Assembly (NCBI GenBank): GCA_041586955.1
Contig: JBFGZE010000025.1
Coordinates: forward strand, 1 to 33,834
Direction: 5' to 3'
DNA: 33,834 bases
DNA from: Bacteriovoracaceae bacterium
Lineage (GTDB): Bacteria; Bdellovibrionota; Bacteriovoracia; Bacteriovoracales; Bacteriovoracaceae
Below the pieces are notes generated by a model. It saw only the letters and a program-made list of their open reading frames with translations, was not told the origin of the DNA and did no database searches. Position 1 is the first letter of the stretch. The number at the start of each line of letters is the position of its first letter. Both the position numbers and the translations under genes were made by a program. Below, piece by piece: positions 26,531 through 33,834 of the stretch.

Positions 26531-26905
26531 ATGAAAATTACAGTTTCCTTTATCAACTTGGAGCACACACCAAGCCTTGATGAAAGAATCCAGGAAAAAT
26601 CGCAGAAGTTGGCCAAATATTTAGGAGGGAAGACGCATGTTAAATGGTCCTGTTATATTAAAGATAACTACCATTACGCTGAAATAGATTTAGTCGGGCC
26701 TTCAATTGAATGTCATGCAACCGGCAAATCACAGACAATGTATAAAACAATCGATCAGGCAATCAATAAACTTGAGCGCCAATTAAATAAGAAAAAAGAA
26801 ATTTTTAAAAATAGAATGCATCGTAAGGGAGCTGACTTAGTCATTCTTGACCCCGAAATGGCGTGGGCCGAATATGACGAAGATTATATAGAAGAAGCCG
26901 CTTAA
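26531..26905 (+). CDS. hpf: Ribosome hibernation promoting factor (HPF/RaiA)
   Basis: MKITVS...LEHTPSL...MYKTIDQAINKLERQL.K.K, in the canonical position after rpoN. Confidence 0.92.
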   Translation: MKITVSFINLEHTPSLDERIQEKSQKLAKYLGGKTHVKWSCYIKDNYHYAEIDLVGPSIECHATGKSQTMYKTIDQAINKLERQLNKKKEIFKNRMHRKGADLVILDPEMAWAEYDEDYIEEAA

Positions 26906-26917
26906 GCCCATAAGCGT

Positions 26918-26949
26918 ATAGGGTCAGTTGCTTTGGTGACTGGCCCTAT
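26918..26949 (+). terminator. Stem-loop after hpf, probable intrinsic terminator
   Basis: ATAGGGTCAGTTGC-TTTG-GTGACTGGCCCTAT; the G-U pairs favour folding on the + strand, and an AT-rich tail follows. Confidence 0.65.
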
Positions 26950-27096
26950 TATAAAATTACCCTATCAAAATAATTCAAAAGTCATCTTCAGAATAAGTCA
27001 TAAATGTCTTGGAAGTCCAAGGTGATATTTACCATAATCATTTCGAGTCTAACGAACTCTTTTTCCATCACTGATTTTTTGGGTTATGGGTATCCT

Positions 27097-27828
27097 TTAC
27101 TTGCTCGATGATAACTTTGATTTTTTCATTAAATAAAGGCAATAAACAGCAGCTGCGGCCAAAATATGTTTAATAGAATGCCCACTGAAACATAAGTTGG
27201 TGAATTGAAAAATTTGAAGATCAAAGTTTTCTGTTAATTTGGCGGCTGAATAAAAGAAAAAAGTCAAAAAAAGATATTTGGGTGTTAAACCGTTTTTTTT
27301 ATAAAGGCAGGCCAATAATAGCACACAGATAATAGGTGTTAGCTGAACCCAAGCATAAGGCCTGAGATCGTTAAAAATCTGCCAATGAAGGATGCTATAG
27401 GCTCCCACCAGAGGCAGAGCGATTAAGAGTGGTGTTTCATATTTCCAATGAAAGGTATCTGTTAAGATAGCGACTGTTAGTGATGTAAACGCCAGGGTCA
27501 TGGGGAGACGGTCCCATATCATTGCAAAGTCGTTAGGCCCATAATGATAAAATACTGAGCCCGGAGCGACCAGGCAGACTGATAGGAAGAAAAGCTTCCA
27601 CGAGATATTGAATTGAGCATTTTTGGCCATGCAAAGGCGAATGCCTAAAATTCCAGGAATAAAAAAGAAGATATTGCTAAAGATATCAAAAAAATTGGGA
27701 AGGCCAAAAAATGACCTTTGATCGGCAAAGGAGTGGTAGGCCTGATCTTGGGGAATCGGTCCGCTTAAAGTGTAGAGTAGGATCAAGGGGGCAATAATGG
27801 CAAAAATAAGAAGATAGTGCTTTTTCAT
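27097..27828 (-). CDS. Ceramidase/CREST-superfamily membrane hydrolase (alkaline phytoceramidase-like)
   Basis: PIPQDQAYHSFADQR, SN, GSVFYH...WDRLPM, DLRPY and SGHSIKH; about 7 TM helices. The ATG at 27828 is preferred over the track start 27903. Confidence 0.85.
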   Translation of the reverse strand: MKKHYLLIFAIIAPLILLYTLSGPIPQDQAYHSFADQRSFFGLPNFFDIFSNIFFFIPGILGIRLCMAKNAQFNISWKLFFLSVCLVAPGSVFYHYGPNDFAMIWDRLPMTLAFTSLTVAILTDTFHWKYETPLLIALPLVGAYSILHWQIFNDLRPYAWVQLTPIICVLLLACLYKKNGLTPKYLFLTFFFYSAAKLTENFDLQIFQFTNLCFSGHSIKHILAAAAVYCLYLMKKSKLSSSK

Positions 27829-27945
27829 CTCTTTATTATTAAATAGAAGAGTGGCCAATAGCAATCTCAATAAAGAAGCAGTGCGCCGCATCTGCGGAGT
27901 CATCTTTTGATATAATCCATTTGAACTACACTTTAAGGAGAATCA

Positions 27946-28704
27946 ATGAAATTTTTCACTTTATTTTTGGCGATTACTTTTAGCATTTCGACAATCCATG
28001 CTGTCGGTAATTTACAAAAGCAAATTGATGAGAAAAAGAAAAAAATGACTATTACCTCCGACGTGGTACAAACCATGAAAAAGGGAATTGAAGATCTTAA
28101 AAGTAGCGGTATTGTCGCCAAGGCCATTAAAACGGGCCAGTATATTCCACCTTTTTACTTGTCTAAAAGAAAAGGTCATGAAGTTTCTATCAAAAAATTA
28201 TACCGAAATGCTCCTCTTGTTCTCACCTTCTATCGTGGTGGCTGGTGCAGCTATTGTAAATTAGAGCTAAAAGAATATGAAAGACTCCGCATCGATTTTG
28301 AAAAGGCCGGCGCGCAGATTATTGCTGTAGGGCCTGATTCCTATCGGGAAATTCGCAAATTAAAAGATAAATTGCGTTTAGGTTTTGATATTTATCGGGA
28401 CAAGGATAATGCGATCGCCAAAAAAATGGGAATTGCCTTTAAATTAGATGAAGGAACCACCAAGCTCTATAAGAGCTTTGGCATCAATTTAGCGCGATCT
28501 CAAGGGAATAATAATAATGAACTCCCTATGCCAGGTACTTATGTGATTAATCAACGCGGGCAAATTATCTATGCCTTTATCGATCCCGATTATCGCAAGC
28601 GCGCCGAGCCGGCCGATGTTCTTAAATTTGTCTACGAATATAAGAAAGAGGAGCGCGCTCGCAAGAGATTAATGAAAAAATCATCAAAAAAGCTAACTCA
28701 ATAA
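27946..28704 (+). CDS. Exported peroxiredoxin-like AhpC/TSA (redoxin) protein
   Basis: Signal peptide; FYRGGWCSYC, LPMPGTYVI and DYRKRAEP. An extended -10 TGATATAAT lies at 27908-27916, with the RBS AAGGAG. Confidence 0.9.
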   Translation: MKFFTLFLAITFSISTIHAVGNLQKQIDEKKKKMTITSDVVQTMKKGIEDLKSSGIVAKAIKTGQYIPPFYLSKRKGHEVSIKKLYRNAPLVLTFYRGGWCSYCKLELKEYERLRIDFEKAGAQIIAVGPDSYREIRKLKDKLRLGFDIYRDKDNAIAKKMGIAFKLDEGTTKLYKSFGINLARSQGNNNNELPMPGTYVINQRGQIIYAFIDPDYRKRAEPADVLKFVYEYKKEERARKRLMKKSSKKLTQ

Positions 28705-28953
28705 CTGGACCTCATCAATGGTGTTAAAATTTCTCAAAATTTTTTCACCACTCCACTCAAAGTTCCTATGTTTTTAGGTGCTCGCATTTAACCAATTAGG
28801 GTAAGCATTGCTCTTAGCTTAGTATGAATCTATGCTGCCCAAAAAAGTCATGCAAAAACTCAAATTCCATTATTAAAGATGGCATCAGAATTGAACTAAT
28901 AAGGCAATAAAGAGTGAAACCAAAGGCCGAAGACGCCTTTATTGTGAGAATTA

Positions 28954-30102
28954 ATGATTTTATGTCAAAAGTTTAGACATTTTAATTACCTATGGGGATT
29001 GTTCTTTTTATCGCTCTTCTCCTGTATCGGCCCCATTGGACCTCAAAAAACTTCCTCACCACCTCTTAAAGATCCTTTTTTGTCCAATTGTAGTAGTCAA
29101 GAAATTGATCAATTCCAAAAGCAAAAGGCCCGCTTAGATAAAATAAAGAGTAAATATGGCTTTTTAGGCCAAAGCGTAACTGGCCCTTTAAACTTTTCTC
29201 CCGATCAGGCCATGAAAATCAATACTTCGATTATCGATCATGCACTTGATTATTTAGAGCGACTTTTATTGAAAGGAGCGCCTTTAGGTGAGAGCTTGAG
29301 ATCATTTAATACCATTAAGCATATGTTGAATCGCTGGCAGGCGCGTGTTTGTCAGAAAACACAAATGGTCGAGCGACAAGAGTATGATGGGCGAGCGTTT
29401 TTAACCATTAAGGCAATGAAAGATGCCAATCAACCTCTCAACCGCGGTCAATTAGTAATGGAATTGGCGAGTGACTTATGTGCTAAGTTTAAATCACGAA
29501 CTATTTGCTTATCTGAGGCATTGTTTTATCAAAGACAGGGAAGCTTACGTGATTTTGTCGATCATTGGTATCAAAAATTTGAAAAGAAGATATGGCGTAA
29601 AATGTTTATTATTCGTCACAAAAATAACTTAATTAATTGTGAGCAGGAAGGAGATAAGCTTATTTTGCAAATCCCGCTCTCTCTTGCTGAGTTGCCGGCC
29701 AGTTGGCCTTTGAATGCGGAGGAAATAAAGGAGGCGATAGAGAGCAAATGGTCTTATTCCAATTTAGAGGTACAGGTTTTTTGGGATGAGCAGGGAATTC
29801 TTTTAGAAGAAGCAAAAAATAATATCAGTCATGTTCATGGGTTAGGTCAGAGAAGTATTTATTTGGGCCGCCAGGTTAAAACTAAAGATCGTGCCCGCTT
29901 GGTTATTGCTCACGAAATTGGCCATTCTTTAGGCTTTCCGGATTGTTATGTCGAATTCTACGACCGTGATACGCGTGAATTAATTTATTATGAATTGGAT
30001 CGTGATGATCTCATGTGTTCATTTCAAGGGCAGCACGAGCTTGGGGAAAAGCGCTTTAAGCAATTAAAGAGTCATTATTGCGCTTTTAATGATTTAATGT
30101 AG
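28954..30102 (+). CDS. Lipoprotein with a C-terminal zinc metallopeptidase (metzincin-like) motif
   Basis: Lipobox LFSC (Cys24); HEIGHSLGFPD (HExxHxxGxxD) and a downstream DLM Met-turn. Confidence 0.75.
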   Translation: MILCQKFRHFNYLWGLFFLSLFSCIGPIGPQKTSSPPLKDPFLSNCSSQEIDQFQKQKARLDKIKSKYGFLGQSVTGPLNFSPDQAMKINTSIIDHALDYLERLLLKGAPLGESLRSFNTIKHMLNRWQARVCQKTQMVERQEYDGRAFLTIKAMKDANQPLNRGQLVMELASDLCAKFKSRTICLSEALFYQRQGSLRDFVDHWYQKFEKKIWRKMFIIRHKNNLINCEQEGDKLILQIPLSLAELPASWPLNAEEIKEAIESKWSYSNLEVQVFWDEQGILLEEAKNNISHVHGLGQRSIYLGRQVKTKDRARLVIAHEIGHSLGFPDCYVEFYDRDTRELIYYELDRDDLMCSFQGQHELGEKRFKQLKSHYCAFNDLM

Positions 30103-30587
30103 TCGAGGACTGTCGCACGCGCCGCTAAAAAATGGTTTTGTTCTAGTAAAAGGCCACGGGTTATGATCCGAATTTCTTCTGTTTCACATTCTTCGACATG
30201 GCCATCAGCAGCGGCCAAATGAAAAAGCGACTCCAATAACTGATACTTATGGTTATTATCGAGGATTTCATTAAGAGGATCACAATATTTATGATTTTCT
30301 AGTCCTGCTAATTCCGTCACCTCTTCGAGGGAAAGAGTGACTATTGCCTCGACCATCTGTTGATCGAGGTGTGACCAACGAGTAAGGCTTGCTTTCATAT
30401 CTTTGACTTCTGTTTTATGAACCTTTAAATCGGAGTAAGCGATACGTGCATGGAGACCTGCGACACAAGCAACAAGAATTTGCTCTTCATTTGTGGAGTC
30501 GGGCATTAATTTTGATATTTTTTCATGCAAGCGTGAGCGATAATCATTTTTCGAGTGACCGGCGCTAAAAAGATCCCAAAAGGTCAT
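30075..30587 (-). CDS. TerB-family protein
   Basis: ARIAYSD..V...E and LFHLAAADGHV...E...IR.I. The ATG at 30587 follows GAGGA (track start 30599). Confidence 0.85.
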   Translation of the reverse strand: MTFWDLFSAGHSKNDYRSRLHEKISKLMPDSTNEEQILVACVAGLHARIAYSDLKVHKTEVKDMKASLTRWSHLDQQMVEAIVTLSLEEVTELAGLENHKYCDPLNEILDNNHKYQLLESLFHLAAADGHVEECETEEIRIITRGLLLEQNHFLAARATVLDYIKSLKAQ

Positions 30588-30744
30588 ATTTTTCCTCAAT
30601 TTTTAAAGTTTCTTATTCATCTTAGACAATTAAAGACGTTTTTGCGAAGAGAGTTATCAAAAAATCTTAATTTCCTTTCGCTATTGTTATATTATGGGAA
30701 TGGAGACCGATGTGAGTACTCGTAAAAAATGGATGCCTATTATT

Positions 30745-31062
30745 ATGTCGACAAAAGAACGCCCAGAAGAGGAAGGTGGTATTGCCACTATTGAACGGAA
30801 CAAAACGAAGCGACCAAAACGGTACAAAGTTTTGCTCCACAATGATGATTACACGACCATGGAGTTTGTGGTTTATATACTGCAGCAGTTTTTTTCTAAA
30901 AATGCAGAGCAAGCTCATGCTATAATGCTTCAGGTTCACCACAAAGGAGTGGGGATATGTGGGGTTTTTACTCACGAAATTGCGGAAACAAAAGTGGACA
31001 AAGTGCGAAGAGAAGCTGAAGAAAACGGTCACCCTCTTATGTGTACTATGGAGCCTGTTTAG
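30745..31062 (+). CDS. clpS: ATP-dependent Clp protease adaptor ClpS
   Basis: [26 protein letters not shown] and EIAETKV...HPL. The start is uncertain (30694-30745). Confidence 0.96.
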   Translation: MSTKERPEEEGGIATIERNKTKRPKRYKVLLHNDDYTTMEFVVYILQQFFSKNAEQAHAIMLQVHHKGVGICGVFTHEIAETKVDKVRREAEENGHPLMCTMEPV

Positions 31063-31073
31063 CGAGGATATCT

Positions 31074-33416
31074 ATGATGTCACAAAAACTTGAAATGATC
31101 ATAAATTCTGCCATTAAAAAGGCAAATGAATTAAAGCATGAGTATCTCACGCTAGAAGGCGTTTTCTACGCCATGCTGGAAGATGCCCAAGTGAGAGAGA
31201 TCTTGCAGGAGAGTGGTGCTGATGTGGAAGAAATTCGTGAAGAATTGGATCAGTTTATCAACGATGAAGAAAACTTCTCGATCCTTACGCAAGATCGTAT
31301 TGAAGAATTAAGCAAAAAACAATTTGTTGATGAAGATTTACGCCGTTTGGCGCGAGAAAGTGGAATTAGTTACCAACCAGAAATTAGTTTAGGACTTCAA
31401 CGAGTCATTCAACGGGCCGCTATTCATGTGCAATCGGCCGGAAAAAGAGATATTCGTGGTATCAATTTATTAGTCGCGATGTTTCAAGAAAAAGAATCAT
31501 TTGCTCTTTATACCCTAGAAAAAAGAGGAATCAGTCGTTTTAGTATTGTTAAATTGATTAGCCTTGGAATGGATACTCAAGGTGTATCAGAAGAAGAGCA
31601 ATTCATTGATGCCCCTCAACCAGGGGATTCGCTTAGAAAGGGAAGTAAAGCGCTTGAACAGTATTGTATTAACTTGAACCAATTGGCCCAAAAGGGCAGA
31701 CTCGATCCTCTTATTGGCCGAAAAGATGAATTGAAGCGCATGATGGAAATTTTATGCCGCCGCCGTAAAAATAACCCTCTTTTGGTGGGGGAGGCGGGAG
31801 TGGGGAAAACTGCCTTGGCCGAAGGTCTCGCTTCTTCCATTGAAAAGAAATTAGTACCAAAGATATTAGAAAAAGCTGAAATTTATTCTCTTGATTTAGC
31901 ATCACTATTAGCGGGAGCAAAATTTCGTGGTGATTTTGAAGAGCGTTTTAAAAGAGTGCTTAAGGAATTGGCGCAAAGGAAGGAAGAAGGGCGTGAGCCA
32001 ATTCTTTTTATTGATGAAATGCATACTTTAATGGGAGCTGGTGCGACTAATGGTGGCAGTATGGACGCTAGTAATCTATTAAAACCGGCCCTGACTCGAG
32101 GACAAATTAAGGTGCTAGGGTCAACCACTTATGAAGAATATCGCAAGTTTATTGAAAAAGACCCGGCCTTTAATCGCCGATTACAAAAGGTTGATGTTCA
32201 TGAACCTTCTGAGGAGGATAATTTACGCATTTTAAAAGGTCTTAAAAGTAAATTTGAAGATTTTCATCAAGTCACCTATCCTGATTCTGTATTAAAGGAT
32301 TGTGTAGACTTAACGAGCCGTTATTTACCTGATCGGAAAAACCCTGATAAATCTCTCGATGTTCTGGATGAAATTGGTGCGAGCTTTCAATTAATGGAAC
32401 CGGAAGAGAGAAAAACTCACGTTACAAAGCAAGATATTGAGTCGATTGTGGCAAAATTGGCAAATATTCCCAAGATTTCCGTTGCCAGTGATGAAATAAC
32501 TAAACTAAAAGACCTTATGCCATCATTGAAACGAATGATTTTTGGCCAAGATCAGGCCTTAGACGTCGTGGTTGATGCCATTATGCTTTCCAAATCCGGT
32601 TTACGAGATGCAAATAAGCCTTTGGCCAACTTTTTATTTGCTGGACCAACAGGAGTAGGGAAGACAGAGCTCGCTCGCCAATTGGCGATGCAATTGGATT
32701 GTCATCTCGAACGATTTGATATGTCTGAGTATATGGAAAAACACTCTGTCTCTAAGTTGATTGGAGCGCCTCCAGGCTATGTGGGTTTTGATCAAGGTGG
32801 TCTTTTAACTGATTCCTTAAAAAAGAACCCTCATTGTGTGCTTTTATTGGATGAAATCGAAAAAGCGCATACCGACCTCTATAATATCCTTCTACAAATC
32901 ATGGATTATGGAAAGCTAACAGATTCTCAGGGCCGCGTAACGGACTTTCGCCACTGTATTGTCATAATGACCACCAATGCAGGTGCAAAAGATATGGAAA
33001 GTGGCAGTATCGGGCTAGGAAAAGGTGTGCAATTGGGGCATGCAAAGAGAGATCTGGCATTAAAGAATCAATTTTCACCCGAATTTCGTAACAGATTAGA
33101 TGCAATCGTTCATTTTAATAAGCTTGAAGAAGCGCAAATCATGAATATTGTCGAAAAGTTTGTGACGGCACTTGAAGCACAATTAATGGTAAAAAATGTG
33201 GAAATTGAAGTGACTTCAGCCGCAAAATCATGGTTAGCGAAAAAGGGATATGACCCTAAAATGGGTGCTAGACCTCTTCAGAGACTAGTTGATCAAAAAT
33301 TGAAGAAGCCTTTATCACGAGAAATTCTATTTGGAAAATTAGTGAAAGGTGGTAAGGCGATAATAGATATAGACGCGAATGACGAGCTACAATTTATTTT
33401 TTTAAAAGAAGAATAA
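31074..33416 (+). CDS. clpA: ATP-dependent Clp protease ATP-binding subunit ClpA
   Basis: Two AAA+ modules (GEAGVGKT, GPTGVGKTE), RRRKNNPLL and a tripeptide loop SIGL. No ClpB coiled coil; follows clpS. The RBS GAGGA precedes the ATG at 31074. Confidence 0.97.
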   Translation: MMSQKLEMIINSAIKKANELKHEYLTLEGVFYAMLEDAQVREILQESGADVEEIREELDQFINDEENFSILTQDRIEELSKKQFVDEDLRRLARESGISYQPEISLGLQRVIQRAAIHVQSAGKRDIRGINLLVAMFQEKESFALYTLEKRGISRFSIVKLISLGMDTQGVSEEEQFIDAPQPGDSLRKGSKALEQYCINLNQLAQKGRLDPLIGRKDELKRMMEILCRRRKNNPLLVGEAGVGKTALAEGLASSIEKKLVPKILEKAEIYSLDLASLLAGAKFRGDFEERFKRVLKELAQRKEEGREPILFIDEMHTLMGAGATNGGSMDASNLLKPALTRGQIKVLGSTTYEEYRKFIEKDPAFNRRLQKVDVHEPSEEDNLRILKGLKSKFEDFHQVTYPDSVLKDCVDLTSRYLPDRKNPDKSLDVLDEIGASFQLMEPEERKTHVTKQDIESIVAKLANIPKISVASDEITKLKDLMPSLKRMIFGQDQALDVVVDAIMLSKSGLRDANKPLANFLFAGPTGVGKTELARQLAMQLDCHLERFDMSEYMEKHSVSKLIGAPPGYVGFDQGGLLTDSLKKNPHCVLLLDEIEKAHTDLYNILLQIMDYGKLTDSQGRVTDFRHCIVIMTTNAGAKDMESGSIGLGKGVQLGHAKRDLALKNQFSPEFRNRLDAIVHFNKLEEAQIMNIVEKFVTALEAQLMVKNVEIEVTSAAKSWLAKKGYDPKMGARPLQRLVDQKLKKPLSREILFGKLVKGGKAIIDIDANDELQFIFLKEE

Positions 33417-33437
33417 AGGCTTATTGGCCATAAAATG

Positions 33438-33464
33438 AGGCATTTTTCCTTCTGTAAAATGCCT
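33438..33464 (+). terminator. Possible terminator hairpin after clpA
   Basis: AGGCATTTT-N9-AAAATGCCT, with a T-run shortly downstream. Confidence 0.4.
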
Positions 33465-33642
33465 TCGTAGGGATTTTTTTTCCTATTCCCAAAAAAAAAT
33501 AATAATAAATTCTAATAAAAAATTTCACCTAATCTAGAGCGTGAAAAGGCTCTACCATTGTGATTTGAGTGTTCACATTTTTTGTTCTTACAAAATAAGA
33601 AGCTTTATTAATGGGCGTGAAAGCAATTATCAAAAAAAAAAA

Positions 33643-33670
33643 TAAAGTGAACTTTAATTTTTTCCGAAAG
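33643..33670 (+). promoter_or_regulatory. Candidate sigma28-type promoter upstream of the Lys/Ala-rich ORF
   Basis: TAAAGTGA-N12-TCCGAAAG. Confidence 0.35.
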
Positions 33671-33793
33671 TATTTTTAACTAAGAAAAATGTTTTTATGT
33701 TTGAAGAGTAGATAAAAACTGTGTTTTTTTGTTTGCGTTAAAACAAATTTATGTTTATTCTTTAAACAAGTATTTAAAACCAGGAGGACGTCA

Positions 33794-33834
33794 ATGGCCG
33801 TTAAGAAAAAAGCTGCTAAAAAAGCAACTAAGAA
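33794..33834 (+). CDS. Start of a protein with a Lys/Ala-rich, histone H1-like N-terminus (truncated by the window)
   Basis: Perfect RBS AGGAGG (33782-33787), then ATG reading MAVKKKAAKKATK...; not in the ORF track. Confidence 0.75.
   Translation, partial: MAVKKKAAKKATK

Noticed and set aside
28813..28824. 12-bp reverse-complement match to 2232-2243 (TACTAAGCTAAG) as a shared WYL operator
   Set aside because: A single 12-mer match is expected by chance in AT-rich DNA of this length.
28880..28895. sigma54-like site TGGCATCAGAATTGAA upstream of the metallopeptidase
   Set aside because: The -24 GG and spacing fit, but the conserved -12 GC is GA; too weak to call.
30075..30587. Tellurite-resistance operon
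   Set aside because: This is a lone TerB-fold gene with no other ter genes.
1557..32128. Short alternative-frame or antisense ORFs in the track (e.g. 3584-3883, 12368-12601, 22658-22969, 30667-31032)
   Set aside because: All overlap well-supported genes and lack recognisable motifs; treated as shadow ORFs.
33559..33577. CRP site
   Set aside because: The half-sites TGTGA and TCACA are separated by 9 bp rather than 6.
33417..33793. Replication origin or riboswitch in the AT-rich gap
   Set aside because: No convincing TTATCCACA DnaA boxes and no recognisable riboswitch core.

Overview
This is an AT-rich, gene-dense bacterial chromosomal window with no rRNA, tRNA, CRISPR array, transposase or phage gene. 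Gene content and style suggest a predatory Bdellovibrionota (Bacteriovorax/Halobacteriovorax-like); this is inference only. Core genes are motB (5'-truncated), an RluA-type pseudouridine synthase, pip, yggT, an ftsB-like gene, aspS, mutS, lptC/A-lptB-rpoN-hpf and clpS-clpA, plus a four-gene Phe/Tyr biosynthesis operon. The best candidate for an uncharacterised system is a three-gene envelope module. It has two tandem secreted DUF3015 paralogues followed by a DUF4105/Lnb-like Cys-His enzyme fused to a predicted outer-membrane beta-barrel, with a CsrA-type hairpin over the first ribosome-binding site. Other notable items are a secreted protein built from five disulfide-pinned beta-rich repeats, an apparently catalytically dead UvrC/GIY-YIG paralogue, an FtsB with a long disordered N-terminus and tandem CsrB-like leader repeats, a likely arogenate-route aromatic operon, several sigma28-like promoters and recurrent C-terminal Ala-Ala/Ala-Ser tails. 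All family calls come from motif recognition by eye; no searches were run.
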